A program made the translations under genes and the position numbers. Positions 40,756 through 54,656 of a stretch of 64,000 nt of DNA are shown piece after piece. The DNA lies in NCBI GenBank assembly GCA_043228905.1, contig JBHGNT010000001.1:28706001-28770000 (forward strand), written 5' to 3'. How positions within the stretch are numbered: the stretch's first letter is position 1; each line of letters begins with the position of its first letter. The stretch is from Azolla caroliniana (Eukaryota > Plantae > Polypodiophyta). The notes under the pieces were generated by a model. The model searched no databases. It had not been told where the DNA came from and was given only the letters and a program-made list of their open reading frames with translations.

Positions 40756-43249
40756 ATGACTATGGTACATCTTCAACATTTCTTCCTCCACTTCCTTTGA
40801 TTTCTCGTTGTTGTAAACCAACAACATATAAAGGCATAAATCTTTGAAGTATCACACAACAATAACGTGATAACCCTCTCCTCTCAAATAAGTTGTTATG
40901 CCAAGATAAAAACATTGTCTAGTAAAGCAAGTTAGAAATATAAATTTCTAAATTAATCAACTAATTCAATGTTGCACAAAATTCACGCCAAGTTGTTTAA
41001 ATTTCATGTTCCATATACATAGTTGTAAATGCGTTCATTCCAATGTGCCAATAACTTGTCCACAAGTTCAGTTGTTATCATCATTACAATTTACAAACAT
41101 GATTTAACATCCTTTGCACTTTTTTATGGATTCATAATTAGAGGGAAATATTGTTCCGGGATCCACCAATGATTTCAACAACAAAATTGAAATGCCAACT
41201 TATCAAATATTGATATAATGGTAGGATATACATACTTCAACTATTCAATTTTATTTCTTCTTTTCGACTCAAGTATGTTGTGGATTTATTTGGTGGTGCT
41301 GAAATAACTACCAATTGTTTATTGTAACGAGTTTTGAGTTTTTGCAACTTGGGCCCCATTGACTTGATTATTCTTCCAAGTTTAGAAGTCTTGCAACAAA
41401 GTGACAAAATGGAATTTGTTATAGGTTTGTGAGAATGTTCATTTATTGCATATGAAATCCCCCCCTCCCCCACCCACCAAACTGCATGTGAAAATTTCAC
41501 CAATGACTTTCGAGACATGCAACTATTTGAAACATCAAGCGGTAACTCTAAACGAGCAATCAATGAATCCAACTCATGTATTCTTCCGTTTTCCAATGCA
41601 ATATTTATATTTCTAAATCATATTTCCACCATCATTTGCCTTGTTGGCTCTTTTTTATCATAGAGAAATATTTGTAAACTTCACAAAATTGTTGAGTTCC
41701 ATCGCCAATGCCATAGTAGAGTTAGAACCATGACGAAAACTATCATGCTACAATGCTAGGGACATAAATAATGCATTCCAACTTTCCATTTTCTAATACA
41801 ATGATTTTAACACTTTCTTTCCAAAATGAAAGTGCGCACGAGTAGAGAAAAAGTGAAAGCATGTAGATTTTTTTCATTCATTTCTCATACTTTTACATAG
41901 TTGGGCTCATTCCCAAAGAAGAATGACATATATGTATATTAATCTCACAAGCATTGGTAGCCTTTAACAACGGTAAGGTATGACTCTATGAGTTACACAT
42001 TGTGCATTAACCCTATGTGTGATTTTGACCTTGATGGTGAGCGCTATTTTTAATGCTGTCATAATCAAAGTCACCTTTTTTTAAGAGAGATGCTATGATC
42101 ATTTTTGTATAACATCTTTATTCCATCAATGAATTCAAAATATTCGAAAGGTTCAACATTGAAAAATCGATAGAGCAATCACAACAATGCCATACTTTTC
42201 ATGTCTTAAAAACATCAAAAGTCATATTTGCTTTTCGTGCAACTATAATAACATACCACGCCTCATTAAAACAAGATGCGCATAACTCGAGGATTCTTGT
42301 TGCATATTCTAATCTAAAAATAAGGTACATTACCACAAGGTTCTTATGCACCACAACTTACCTTGCTAGTTGCGAGATCCTAGTAATACATCAAAGCCTG
42401 AATATGCTCAACTTTCACGTGTTGAGATGTCCCGAATCATGATTTCATGAATTTTTGTGTGCTAGTATGCACGACAAGGGGGCTACATTCGAGTGTAACG
42501 TCAACATGGCATAACGAACATCGAAGTCGAGTCCATAAAATTGATCAGGACACACGCTAACCATGCCACTATTCCTGGCATGGCATCGAGCATAATGGTG
42601 ATAGTTTTGGCATATCAACGTGGAGATCCCGTCTATCTGTGTCAGACCCCACCACCCGTGACACGTGCGGCTTAACCAAGCCATTCTGGAGTGGGCTATG
42701 TTATGTTACCTACCACACATATGAGAAAGAAAGAAATATTAACGTCTTTTAAGAGGCCAAAATGGCCTATAAGACCAAATAAGAGATTACATCTTGAGTG
42801 TTGAGAGAGAGAGAGAGAAAGAAAGAAAGATATATTAACGTCTTCTAAGGCCAAAATTGGCCCATGTGTGAAAGCAATTTCAGGGGGATTTTGAAAGAGA
42901 ATGGAGCTGCAAAGAAAAGCTGCAAAAAGTAGAGGGCCATAAACAGAGTGAGAGAGGTCAGCTTATTTATATACATAGTGATAGTATAGTCTAAACATCT
43001 ATCTCTTCAGGTAAAGAGAAAGAAAAGGAAAGGATGATGACCCCACCCACAAATTACAATGCAGAAAACAACAGAAACACACTCTGTTCCATGAAAGCAC
43101 CGGCATTTCACTCTGATGTACAGACACTGTCTCTCTCTAGAGTTGCTTAATATATCTTCTTTATATGTATGTGTATATATATATTTACGAAGGTTGTGAA
43201 GGCTATCTTCTTTTGGGTCTAAAGCGAAGGTTTTGTCTGGTTTCTGAAT

Positions 43250-46200
43250 ATGGTTCAAATTGAGGAAATTTGTATTGGGCTGTGCACACTCCCGAGAACT
43301 TCCGCCAAGTTCAGGCCAAAATCAACGTTGTTAGCTATCTTAGCTCTTCTTATTTGTGTCTTGCTAAGTTTGCGGCAAGTCTTGCATTGTAATTTCATCG
43401 CATTTCATGGTTCCCTAGCAGAAAAAGAATCATATGAATGGAGAGGCCCAAGGAACATCATTTACTCCAATAGATGGTATCAAGGCAGAAAACTCAAATC
43501 TAAGCAATACATAGACAAATATGTCTTCAATAAGGTAAGCTTTCCTAACCCCAGTATAGAAGAAGAGTCTACCCATGTCCATGTTACCACATACGAAGAT
43601 GAACCACATATTGACACAAAAGCTACCCGTATATATGAAAACTTTCTGACGCAAGAAACTGAGAAACAACGTTTTAAGCTTAGGTCCCTTCAAAAATCAA
43701 TCCTTATAGCCCAAAGAAAGGGAAAAAAAGCATTGGAAGAGCTTGAATTGACCTCAAATTACTCTCACATTGTGTATGATAAGAGCAGCATTCTATGTCC
43801 AAGATCAATCTTTATGGTTAAAGATAAAGAGATAAAGAAAGAGAATCATTTTATGAGTCTTCCATGTGGAATCACTATAGGGTCATCCATAACATTGATT
43901 GGTGTGCCTCATCCACCACACTATGAAAAAGTACCAAGGATTGGACATATTGCTAATGGTGAACCTGTATCAACGGAGGTCTCACAATTCATGTTTGAGC
44001 TTCATGCTCCCAAGGTTAATGGAAGTGAAGAACCCTCGAGGATTTTGCACATAAATCCAAGACTAAAGGGTGATTGGAATGATAAACCAGTGATTGAACT
44101 CAATACGTTCCTGAATGGTCAGTGGGGTACAAGTCAACGTTGTGATGGTACATCATCCTTATATCACGAGACAGGTTTTTTTTCTTCTCTCATATCATAT
44201 CATGCCATACTACAATCATGTGTTACCCATTGTTTGTCTTTTTAATTGTATTGTTGTAATGGAGCTCATATCATGAGACATCTCTCTCTCTCTCTCATGT
44301 CTCATTATAACCACATGTATCTTCATGTGTTATATGCTGCTTGTCTTTTAATTGTATTTTTGTGATGATACTCATGCCAGGAGACATCCTCTCTCTCTCT
44401 CTTGAAGTTGTTAATGCAACACCACATCTATCTTGCTTCATGCTTTTATATGTGTTAAATACTGTTTGCCTTTTCATGGTGATGTTTGATGGTACTCATA
44501 TCACGAGACTTATTCTCTTGTATCAGATTACAACCATGTGTGTGTTTATTAGTTAAACATTGTTTTCCTTCAAATTCCAATGTTGTGAGGATACTCCATC
44601 TTCATACAAGGCATTAAATATAGTTTGCATTCTAACTATAGTTTTTGGACTGTGGACAAGCCAATATATTGTCATTGCTCATTATAAGTTCTCATTCTTG
44701 TAAAAGTTAAATAACTCAATGTATCTGGCACAATAAGAAACTAATCAAACATTTCTCCACATCTAACTAATCTATAACATTCTTTAACAAGAGCATATAT
44801 CAACCTATTAACTCTTGGCTTGGTCTTTCCTAATGTATATGTAACTAGCTATTTGTCACTTTAGTAGGAACAGAGTTTTCCCAACAAAGCAGAACTTTTG
44901 TTCAAGTAGTGCTGAGTTTGTTGTTCATTCTTGATTATATCATTTGTATTCTTTTCTCATATTCATTAAACTTTGTTTCCTTTCAGCCTTTCTTCCACTT
45001 ATTTCATGGTTTTCATTGCGTTCTCTGTTTGTATGTTAAAAAATATGTGGCGTTTTGTTATGAATATGATGGTTAGATTCCAGAAAGAGAGCATTCGTTT
45101 TGTCAAGTTATGTTGAAGTCTATAGATTTTTATCACAGATCAGGGAATTCCGTTATTAAATAACATCATTATAATTTTTTGTCATGCTAGTGGAAGGATC
45201 TCTGAAGTGTGAGCAATGGATACAGAAAGGTGACAATGAGAAAGAGTCCCCTTTGTGGCTTGATAGGGCGATTGAAAAATCTGAATTGAGCTGGAAATAT
45301 CCATTCTCTCAGAACCACTCCTTCATCCTGACAGTCAGGGCAGGACTAGAGGGTTACCACATGAGTGTTGATGGCAAGCATGTTGCATCTTTTCCTTATA
45401 CCACTGTAAGTTGCTATGGTTTACCCAAACAAATTTGTTTTCTGTGCTCAATTTCTTACAAATGTGTCTGCACAATATCATCAATATGTATGTATATGCG
45501 TATTATCTCTATATACACATATGTGTAGAAGCGTTTATGTATGCATGTGTGTATCAACATATGTTATACACACAATGATACATTGCAGGAAGCAATTTCC
45601 TATGTACATTCTTGAAGGAATCAACACCTGAAATATTTAATGTCTTAAGTCATTGTTTTCAGCTCTGAAGGTTGTTATTATCATGCATTTCATTTATAGA
45701 TTTTGCTAAACCAGAACAAGAAGAATCTTTGTTTATATTATTGTAGGCAATAGAATTTGAAAAACAGCCTCCCTTTTATGTGCTATAAGCTTTGTGGATT
45801 TATAGGGGGAAATCATGTGTAGTTATGGTGTTATACAATTGAATAAAGAACAACAATATTCTGCATGTCTGCAAACAACGTTGGGTTTTTCTTATGAATT
45901 ATTGGTTATCTGGCAATTATATTTGTAATCATCAAAATGTTTTATTTCCTCTTCCCATAGGCATTGTGGAAACTGTCACGTTTAGTTGAGAATATTTGTT
46001 TCCATTCCTTTGGCAAGCCGCTGACCTAGATGCATTGCTATGTGCATTTCTGTTCCTCTTAACTACTTGATTGCATGTAACTGAAAGTTTGTCATTTGTT
46101 ATGGAAAATCTATTAAAAGAATCTTTCCCCAGGTTTGAGTTCACCTTTCTTTATAGGGTAATACACACAAACTTGTACATAGAAAGGAAAAGCATGTATG

Positions 46201-48229
46201 GTATACCTACATGGCATAATGTCTATATCTATGAATGCTGAAAATATGTTGGTCTACAGCTATCAACATGTGAAACCTTCTATTAGATTTTTTTGTTACC
46301 CTTCGTTTTGCTGTGGCATTCAGTCCATACATCAGGTGTGGTTTTCAGCATCTTCCCTATGTTGGATTCCTGATTTGATTTGACATAACCTTGATTTGGG
46401 ACATTTCTTCTTCATTTAAACCCGAGATACCTTTGTATGTCTTCGAATCTCTCTCTTCTGGCTTGGACATGGAATATGTTGCTGATATATTCTATCATCA
46501 CTTGGATTGATCACATAGATTTATTTCCTTTTTTGTATGGAAGGGAAAATATTTGATTTTTGTCAACACATATATGTATAAAGAGGGAGATAGAGAGAAA
46601 TGCTATTTTGCAGGGTTTCATTGAAGAGCTTACGACAGGGTCATATGTTGGAGGTGATGTGGATGTCCAAGCTCTCATTGCAACATCTTTGCCATCTCTC
46701 CCACCAAAAAGTATTGATGAGAAAATCTTTGAGAATGGGCACCTGTTGAGAGCACCGAAGTTTAAGAATGGTCCAATTGATCTCTTCATTGGAGTACTCT
46801 CAGCAAGTGATCATTTTACTCAAAGGATGGCTATGCGATCATCCTGGTTTCAAGCTGAGCCAATTAAATCAGCTAAAGTAGTGATCAGGTTTTTTGTTGC
46901 CATGGTATGAAATGATCACATATATTTATTATATTTTCATTTATGAAGGTATGATATAACCATGGATAACTATGGTAGCAGCACCCAGATAAAGATGTCA
47001 ATCTCCATGTGAAGAAAGAAGCTAACTATTATGGTGACATGGTATTACTGCCTTTCATGGATGAGTACAATCTTGTGGTGCTCAAGACCTTGGCAATATG
47101 TGAATATGCTGTACGTGTTCTCAAGCTTTCCTTTATTTTTTGCCAGTTAACTCTGTTTTAACCATGGTATCAATATGTGGCTGTGTCACTCTGTGTTTTT
47201 ATGTCAATTATGGTAAAATTTGAAGTACATATTTCAGAAACTATACATACGCATACGCATACGCATACTCATATAATTTCTTTTCCTTGCTCTCATTGGA
47301 GAGAATATTTTAAGGTACTATATTTTGTTGAGTCGCATAGGTGATTGTTGTCTTCTAAAGACATTAATACATCTGTCTTTCTTTATTTCTTCTAACATAA
47401 ATGACAAATATTCATCGCAGTTAATCTTTTAAATACTCATATTTGGCACAGGTTCACAATGTATCAACTAATTATATCATGAAATGTGATGATGATACAT
47501 ATGTTCGAGTAGATGCCGTGCTGAATGAGTTAAAGATGGAGAATCAAAATCAAGGTTTGTATATGGGAAACATGAACATGTTTCATCGGCCATTGCGAAT
47601 GGGGAAATGGGCAGTCACATTTGAGGTATATTTCGTGATCACACCTAAAAATTGAAACACAACGATAAAGTCTCTTAAAGAACGATTATTTAATTTTGAC
47701 ATGGATTTTATGTGCATCTAGTTTATGTGGATGTATATTTATCTTGCTCTGAGCAGGAATGGCCCGATGAGGTGTACCCTACATATGCAAATGGTCTAGG
47801 TTACATTATTTCAACCAATATTGCGCAATTTATAGTGACACAAAATAGAAGGAAAGCTCTCGAGGTACTGGATCCTTATTTGTGCACCAAATTGTATACT
47901 CCTACCTTGTTTGTTATTTACCAGAATGCTGTTCAATTAAATTCTAAATGTCCGAAATTGTATGTTGTTTTGCCCGAAATTCTAAATGCCTTTTTCTTGT
48001 TATATGATGTTCTCACTGCTTGTAGCTGTTCAAAATGGAGGATGTTAGCATGGGATTATGGGTCCATCAATTTCAACAAGGTGGTGGAAGTGTCCACATT
48101 GCTAACATGTGGAAGTTTTATCAAGCTCGATGTGAGGATGGCTACATAGTAGCCCACTATCAGTCACCCAGGCAAATGCTATGTATGCATAAGAAGCTCT
48201 TACAAGGGGACCTCCATTGTTGTAATTAG
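43250..48229 (+). CDS. Hydroxyproline O-galactosyltransferase (galectin domain + GT31, GALT2-6-like). Exons: 43250-44174, 45191-45405, 46614-46904, 46982-47110, 47452-47625, 47757-47864, 48026-48229
   Basis: N-terminal signal-anchor; LPCGITIGSSITLIG, RILHINPRLKGDW..KPVIELNT, GLEGYHMSVDGKHV.SFPY, LFIGVLSA...RMA.R.SW, YIMKCDDDTYVRVD, EEWPDEVYPTYANG.GY, FKMEDVSMGLWV and AHYQSPRQM...CCN. Introns are phase-consistent. Confidence 0.95.
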
Positions 48230-49769
48230 CTCACGGAAACCTTTCCTTTTGGGGGTTCCCTCACAAAAATTTGACCCTTTGTAAATATACATTTAACATT
48301 CTTGATTCATTTTTGTTGTCATATTGATACAACAATTTTAAAGTGAATCCAGATGGCAATTTTGAGAGGTTCATAAATTTCACATTTTATATATTACATA
48401 AACAATTCATTCTGCATTCACTTGATTTTGTCATAATTGTTGTATGACCTTGAGGTTTGGTTCCATAATTGTGTTCACCATATCAAATTTGTGAGACATG
48501 TGAGGCCACATTGTTATTTTATAACAAATTGGCACATCCTAGTTCGGGAAAAGGAATTGTTTGTGATCTTGAAAAAGAGTTCTGGTGATCTGGGCCCACG
48601 TTTTACCATATCTAGAATTTTGAGGACTCCAAGATGTCAAGGATTCATTGAATGCCTCCACAAAGGTTCTAAAATGACTCTTTCAATGTTGTGGGTGATA
48701 GGGAAACTTATAGAATTTAGAGTACTCTTGAGCAACAATTTGAGTGGTTATTACACATCATGACATACTCAAGTGAACAAGAGAGAAAGAGATGAGGGGA
48801 TATCCTTGATGTTGCGGGTCTACATTTGGATGTTCTTTGTGTAAAGTGATTCATCAAACATGGTTAAAGGAGCACATGTCTCATAAAGAGAAGCAGAGGG
48901 TGTAACTATGTAAGACAATGGGGGCACACCTAAGTATGGTTTCAATGGTGTACAATATATTATTCTCCATGATTTCTTAGATAGTATTTTGATATGTTCA
49001 CACGCAAAGAATATGGTTTGGCAATTAACTGGGGCTAGTCAAAGAGAGATCCATAATCTTGTATATGGTGAACAATTCATGATTTTTTAAAGATACTTCC
49101 ATTAATACATGGATATCTTGTCTTCGGGTTGTATATGAGTTCATTCACCAAGAATAATTCCTAGTGACTTTATAATTAAATCTCATGTGTCTATAACTTG
49201 GTTGTATTATGTAATGGGTCCCATAAGGCAATTTGAGATTTCTTGAGCCCAAGGGGGCATTTGTGAACAATTGTTCTCATTTCTCATGAATTACTTGCAT
49301 GTGGAACACAACATAATTTCTTTATTTAATCTATCATTTCTCATAATTTCTTACGAATCTAGAGTTGTGTTTTTATTTGTGTGTAATTTTACACAATCCC
49401 ACCCCAACTCATATCTTCATATATTAATAAAGTATACATTTTTGTGTCAAATCTAATATTAATTATATTATATTAATCCGAAGCTAAAACATTAAAAAGC
49501 TTTCAACTAGAAATTGAAACATATTATACTTTCTACTTTGAAGAGGTGCAATTATAAATAAAAGATAAAGAGTTCTTGTTGCTCATATATCATTGTAATT
49601 GTTCCATTAGCATTCTAGATTTGCTACCAACCTAAGACACCTACACCCACAAATTTTATAAGGGTAATATTAGAGTACTCATGATAGTGAAGCATTATAT
49701 TTATTGTGATGTAGTAAAGCTTATGCTTCAAACTCCATCAAGATGTGGATTGAGACTTGGGAAGTACTG

Positions 49770-52700
49770 CTAGTTGTTAGTAGATGTAATCTCATTATCG
49801 AGAAAGGCCTTTAGTGCAAGGCTTGCTGCCCATATGTCATCATCCTGCACATGCTCGTTGGGAGAGTGACTTACACCTCCGGTACATCGAACAAAAAGCA
49901 TACCAACCTTTCATGTCACAAAAAGGAAAGTCAACATAACTACCAAGACAACTAACTCTAATGGGAAAAAACTAGTGCACAAAGAACACTATCATATATG
50001 ATATCCTAACATTTTAGATATTTACCAAAATACCCCGATGTTTCATGAAATTGCTCGAATAATACCCCTATGTAGTAGTAAATTTTGTACTAGCTAGGGG
50101 GACAACTTAGGGGCATCTTGGTAAATACCTGAAGAGTTAGAGGTATTTTGGTGTTTTACTTAGAATGGGCATGAATAAAAGTATTATTAAGACATGCAAT
50201 CCAAGTCTCATTGCCTTTGTCAAGTGTGCCATCATAGCAGCATCATGTCCAGCACCACTGACAAGAGTTGGAAGAAATTGTTGATCTAAATGTAACCCGG
50301 ATGCTGGAAGATTGTGGAGAGCTTTTGTTGCTGCCACATTCAAAAGTTCTTGAATGTCTGGATGGCAATGGACTGCTTTTGCTTCATGCTATGTAGCATA
50401 GAAAAATTTCCACCAAGAGTAAGAGATTGTAAGTGTCAAGATTCCAAGGCATATTATAAGTTTCAAGATTAAACAAAGTTTGATTTCCACACCAACCACA
50501 CACACACACACCTTGACTGAAATATTAAACAATATCTGCCTATCCTCACATGTCTCTTTGATTTTGTTTTTTATCATGTCAACCGCCTTTGTCCGGACAT
50601 CGTCATTTTCTGCACGAATGTCGACAGAGAAAGTAACCTATATAGAATGCATTACAAACTAATGTGAACTCTAACATTTTGCAAGTTGTACAACAAAAAC
50701 AAGACGTTACGTGTTAAACCATGACACAAATGCATTTCCTTTATGCATCATATAAGAAACTTTAAAAGACATTTTTCCAGCAATTTCCTTATAAAGGCAA
50801 GCGTTAAAAACTAGAAAAGGATTTTTGAAACAATAACTCTTACTTCACCAGGGATGACATTACTAGCACCAGGCCAGGCTGCAATTTCACCAACTGTGCA
50901 CAACAAAGCACCTCCAAACATAAAGTGGCCATGTCTTTGGTTCACTTCACTTCTCATAAAGAGAAACTCTTCCGGGTGTTTACAACTGTGCTCAATTCCA
51001 ACGATTGCAACCGCTGCAGCTGCCATCGGGTCCCTTCGCATAGCCATCGGTACAGTACCAGCATGTCCTTGGGATCCTGTAAGTTTGACCTATATATAAA
51101 TAACATTTCATTTATCATATATTCAATGGAAAACTTTTCAACTGGCACATGTAAGCCATATTTATTAAAAAATATTTAAAAATTACCAAGAGTCTAGTCT
51201 GGCCGGCTATGCTTTCCACTATGCCTAGAGCGATTCCTTGTCTTTCAAGCACTGGACCTTGCTCTATGTGTAGCTGTGAATGCATCATGGCATTTATTTC
51301 TTCAGATGGTAACTATTGGAAGGTCTCCAAGAAAGAGGATATGAAAAACCACCTCTATATAACCCCACACATCATCTCTATCATACTTGATATCTTTCAC
51401 ACTTCGAATTGTTCCCGGAAAAGTGGCAAACTTCAGAGCATTTTCTAGCGTCATCCCACTGAAAGCCAAAAACAGGCTTTACGGTTTCAACTACATGTTG
51501 CATGTTTCCGGACGATCATGCCAATTTATACTTTATGAAGTATAGATACTAAAAACAAGTTCAAGTACTCAGAAAAGTTAGGAATTTCACACCTTTTGTC
51601 CTCTATGCCAAGAAGGTACTCAGGAAATTCCCCTACCAGAGCCGCACTTCCGAGAAAAGTTGATTGAAATCGAATCCCCTCTTCATCGCTAAAAGCAATC
51701 ACCTGGATAATATTGAATAGATGTTAAGATGGAAATTATACTAAACTTTATATACGTATATATCCTCTGGCATGTCCATCAAAGAGGTCAAAATTTCCTT
51801 TTCTAGTTTCACATCAAGTGAAGGTATAATGAGACTTGCCTCGATAGGCCGAGGAAAACTATCAAGTTTTCCCTTTATTTTTAGGGTCTTTACTGCAGCA
51901 ATAGCAGCGATGATGCCAAGTGATCCATCATACATTCCAGCATCAATGACTGTGTCCTAAAACATGAGAGAAAAAACTTCGAACAAGATTGTTGCAACCT
52001 AATTTATCTGTAAAAGATGGTAAAAATACAAGGTGATCTATACTATATTTTATACCAAATGGGAGCCAAACAGCAATGCTGGTGCTGAAGCATTTCCACC
52101 ATTTACTCGTCCGTGAACATTGCCGATATCATCAATCCAGCTTATGTGGATGAGCAAATTTAAAGTTAGTGATGAAGAAGGAAGAATCATGTTATTAACT
52201 TCTGTATTTACAATTAATATAGGATATGCAAAAATCATAGTGTTATAAGTATAAATTCATTGTATAGCCTGTATGGAAGATTTATGGTATATGCATACAG
52301 TCATAGGTTAACATACATACACGCATCCAACATTTATGGCCTTGATTGTTTTCTACATAAACCTCAAAGGAATAGAATCTGATTTCCGTATAATGGCTAA
52401 AGTTACATATTAATAATCATGAAGTAGTTATATGCCAATACGTTGTCATCCCAGCATCTTGCATCCATTCCTGAATGAGCTTTCCGGCCTCTATTGCTCC
52501 CTTGCTCAGGAAGGTTCTTTGCAAATACAGGGGAGAGTCACTTATCTATTGGCAAATTTAAAGGAAAAACTATAATATCAGCATCAGTAGGATTGATTAT
52601 ATGTAAATCATTATTCATCAAATTACAAGATGTTATGAAATCATTTTAGGAATCATTTCCTACTATTCCTACTTAAGAAAACTTCAAATATACAAAATGC

Positions 52701-53386
52701 ATTAAAAGTATTTTGGTAAGGATCAGACATTATGAAAGATCTTGAATAATGGATTCGTTAATACCCCTTTAGAACAACATTTTGAACTTACATACATTAA
52801 CATTGATATTGATATGTTAAGGTCATCCATTGCCAAGACAGAATTTTTTTAAAGCTTTGAGACAAATTCGTGGTCTTCTGATAATCCATACATAGAGATG
52901 AAACAGAAATGGCGTACCCTCGCAAGCTCTTTTAGCCTTGACAAAGGTTCTATCTTCAAGACGTGCAATTCGGCATCTGTTGGAGTCTTAATAGAATCGA
53001 TTGTATACAATCCTATATATAAGAATTAAATCAAGTACTCCACATTAATAAATATCAAATCATTCCATGAGAGCGCAAGAAAGCTTTCACACGTCATAGA
53101 AATGTCATTAGAAACTCACTCATTTAGCATGAAAACATAAAATCAAGGAAATATGTAAAGCATGATAAACAGGAAATGAAGTCAATATGTATATATGTGT
53201 ACATACCATGAAATCAAGGCAATGTATATGCATATCATGAAATCAAAGGTCATTCATATTATGATTAAAATCCATAGAACCTAAGAAAAGGGATTGCTAA
53301 TTACCCGGAGCAATCCTGGCGATGAACGAGAGAAGGATGCAAAGAAAGGCTACAAATCGCATAGATTTTGTGAAGAGAATGTCCAT
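49770..53386 (-). CDS. AAH: Allantoate amidohydrolase (allantoate deiminase, M20 family). Exons: 53386-53305, 53012-52918, 52545-52442, 52140-52056, 51956-51840, 51702-51593, 51458-51353, 51273-51187, 51089-50844, 50637-50512, 50388-50215, 49907-49770
   Basis: Signal peptide; LQRTFLS, GSHLDTVIDAGMYDGSLG, IAFSDEEGIRFQSTFLGS, YIELHIEQGPVLE, GSQGHAGTVPM..RRDPM, SNVIPG, SGAGHDA, VGMLFVRCTGGVSHSPNEHV. Confidence 0.95.
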
Positions 53387-54224
53387 TTCTTTGCTATTTT
53401 TTAATGACTGAATTAGGGTGGGTTTGAATATTAAGGTTTCACGAAGTCAGGAGAAGACCTCTCGGAAAACAGAGGAAATTCAGATTTTCTCATCCTCCTC
53501 TGTTTCTCTTTCTGTGTGTTTGTGTTTCCATGGTTCTTCTTCTTCCATGCATTTTCACACCTTTCTTTACATATATGATATAACCCCCAAAAAAGAACAA
53601 ACGAACGAAATTTGAAAAGGTTCAACATTTTATTAATCCGGTAGACCGACCGACCGACCGTGTCATGGAGCGAACACGAAACAGTGACGGACACGACATG
53701 GCCCATACACTCCGGTGCCAGAAAGGAGGTGGAATGTCTTGAAAAGAAGAATAAGGAGAAGAACATGCACGCATTGGGGCCCATGGCATGAGTGGGTAGA
53801 AGTGGCGAAATAAAAGGATGGAATCTATCGAGCATCATGTTAAAGGAATAGCAAAATCGCTCGATGGATCAAGGTGGGTGTCCTCTAACAAGCGTTGACA
53901 TGATAAATGCCATCCATCTATCGTTGAAGAAGATGCCAAACTGATGATGAGGGCTCTAGATTCGTTTCATGTTGTTTGTTGTTGGACATGCCAAGAAAAG
54001 GACAGGTTGCCTAACTAACGGCCCCGATGGCACAACTGAGTTCTCTTTGTCTTTTTTTGGACGCCTGACACACTTGCATCGTGAGGAATATAGATATCGC
54101 GAAATGGATCTTCTCTTATTTGTAAGACGGGAAAAAACTCCTAACCCCGCAAGACAAAAGCTCAAAATGATTTAATGCTTGGCTATGTAACCATTTTCCT
54201 GAAATTGCCTCCAATGAAGAAACA

Positions 54225-54300
54225 AAATTATTAATGGTAAGAGACCCAAAATTATTACCGGTTAAGAGACCCAAATTTATTAATGGTAAGAGACCCAAAT
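54225..54300. repeat. Short tandem repeat, ~25-bp unit x 3 (ATTAATGGTAAGAGACCCAAA)
   Basis: TAAGAGACCCAAA occurs three times in a row, and a fourth time at ~54462. Confidence 0.85.
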
Positions 54301-54456
54301 TTATCAGTCCGAAAGGCGATGTAACTAGTCTCATTTTCTTGAACCTGATCGGAGGGAGATTCCCCGATCTATATGTATAAGCCTCCTTGTAGAGTCTCTT
54401 TGTAATAATCCTTCGTAACTAATGGGAAAGTAGCTTCATTTTGGAAAATAAAATAA
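54301..54456 (+). mobile_element. Very short 5'-truncated L1 insertion (3' UTR + A-rich tail), same family as the 59-63 kb LINE
   Basis: Matches 63085-63220 (AAGGC.ATGTAA...TGATC.GAGG...TCCCCGAT...TGTATAAG.CTCCTT.TAGA...TGTAATAATCCTTC.TAACTAATGGGAAAGTAGCTT). Flanked by the 19-bp direct repeat AATGGTAAGAGACCCAAAT (54282-54300 and 54457-54475). Confidence 0.88.
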
Positions 54457-54656
54457 AATGGTAAGAGACCCAAATATGTAAAGGAATTAAAAGGGGCATT
54501 TGAGGAGATAACCAAAAGCCTGTTTTTTGCTTGGGTGTGTTTTGTTTGGGGGGTATCCTGGGAAATACAGGAAAGCCGGCTGAAAGCAGACAACGACGAC
54601 ATCTCTCGCCCCTCTCTATCGTCTGTGATGATAGACACAGTGAACAAGTCAGAGCT

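Noticed and set aside
40400-42700. Possible MULE/FAR1 transposase relic on the minus strand (ORF 41237-41596, NEHSH)
   Set aside because: Too degenerate; I could not identify a DDE motif, TIR or TSD.
54531-54656. N-terminal extension of the PLS-PPR from the TTG start in the ORF track
   Set aside because: Non-ATG start; the first in-frame ATG is at 54657.
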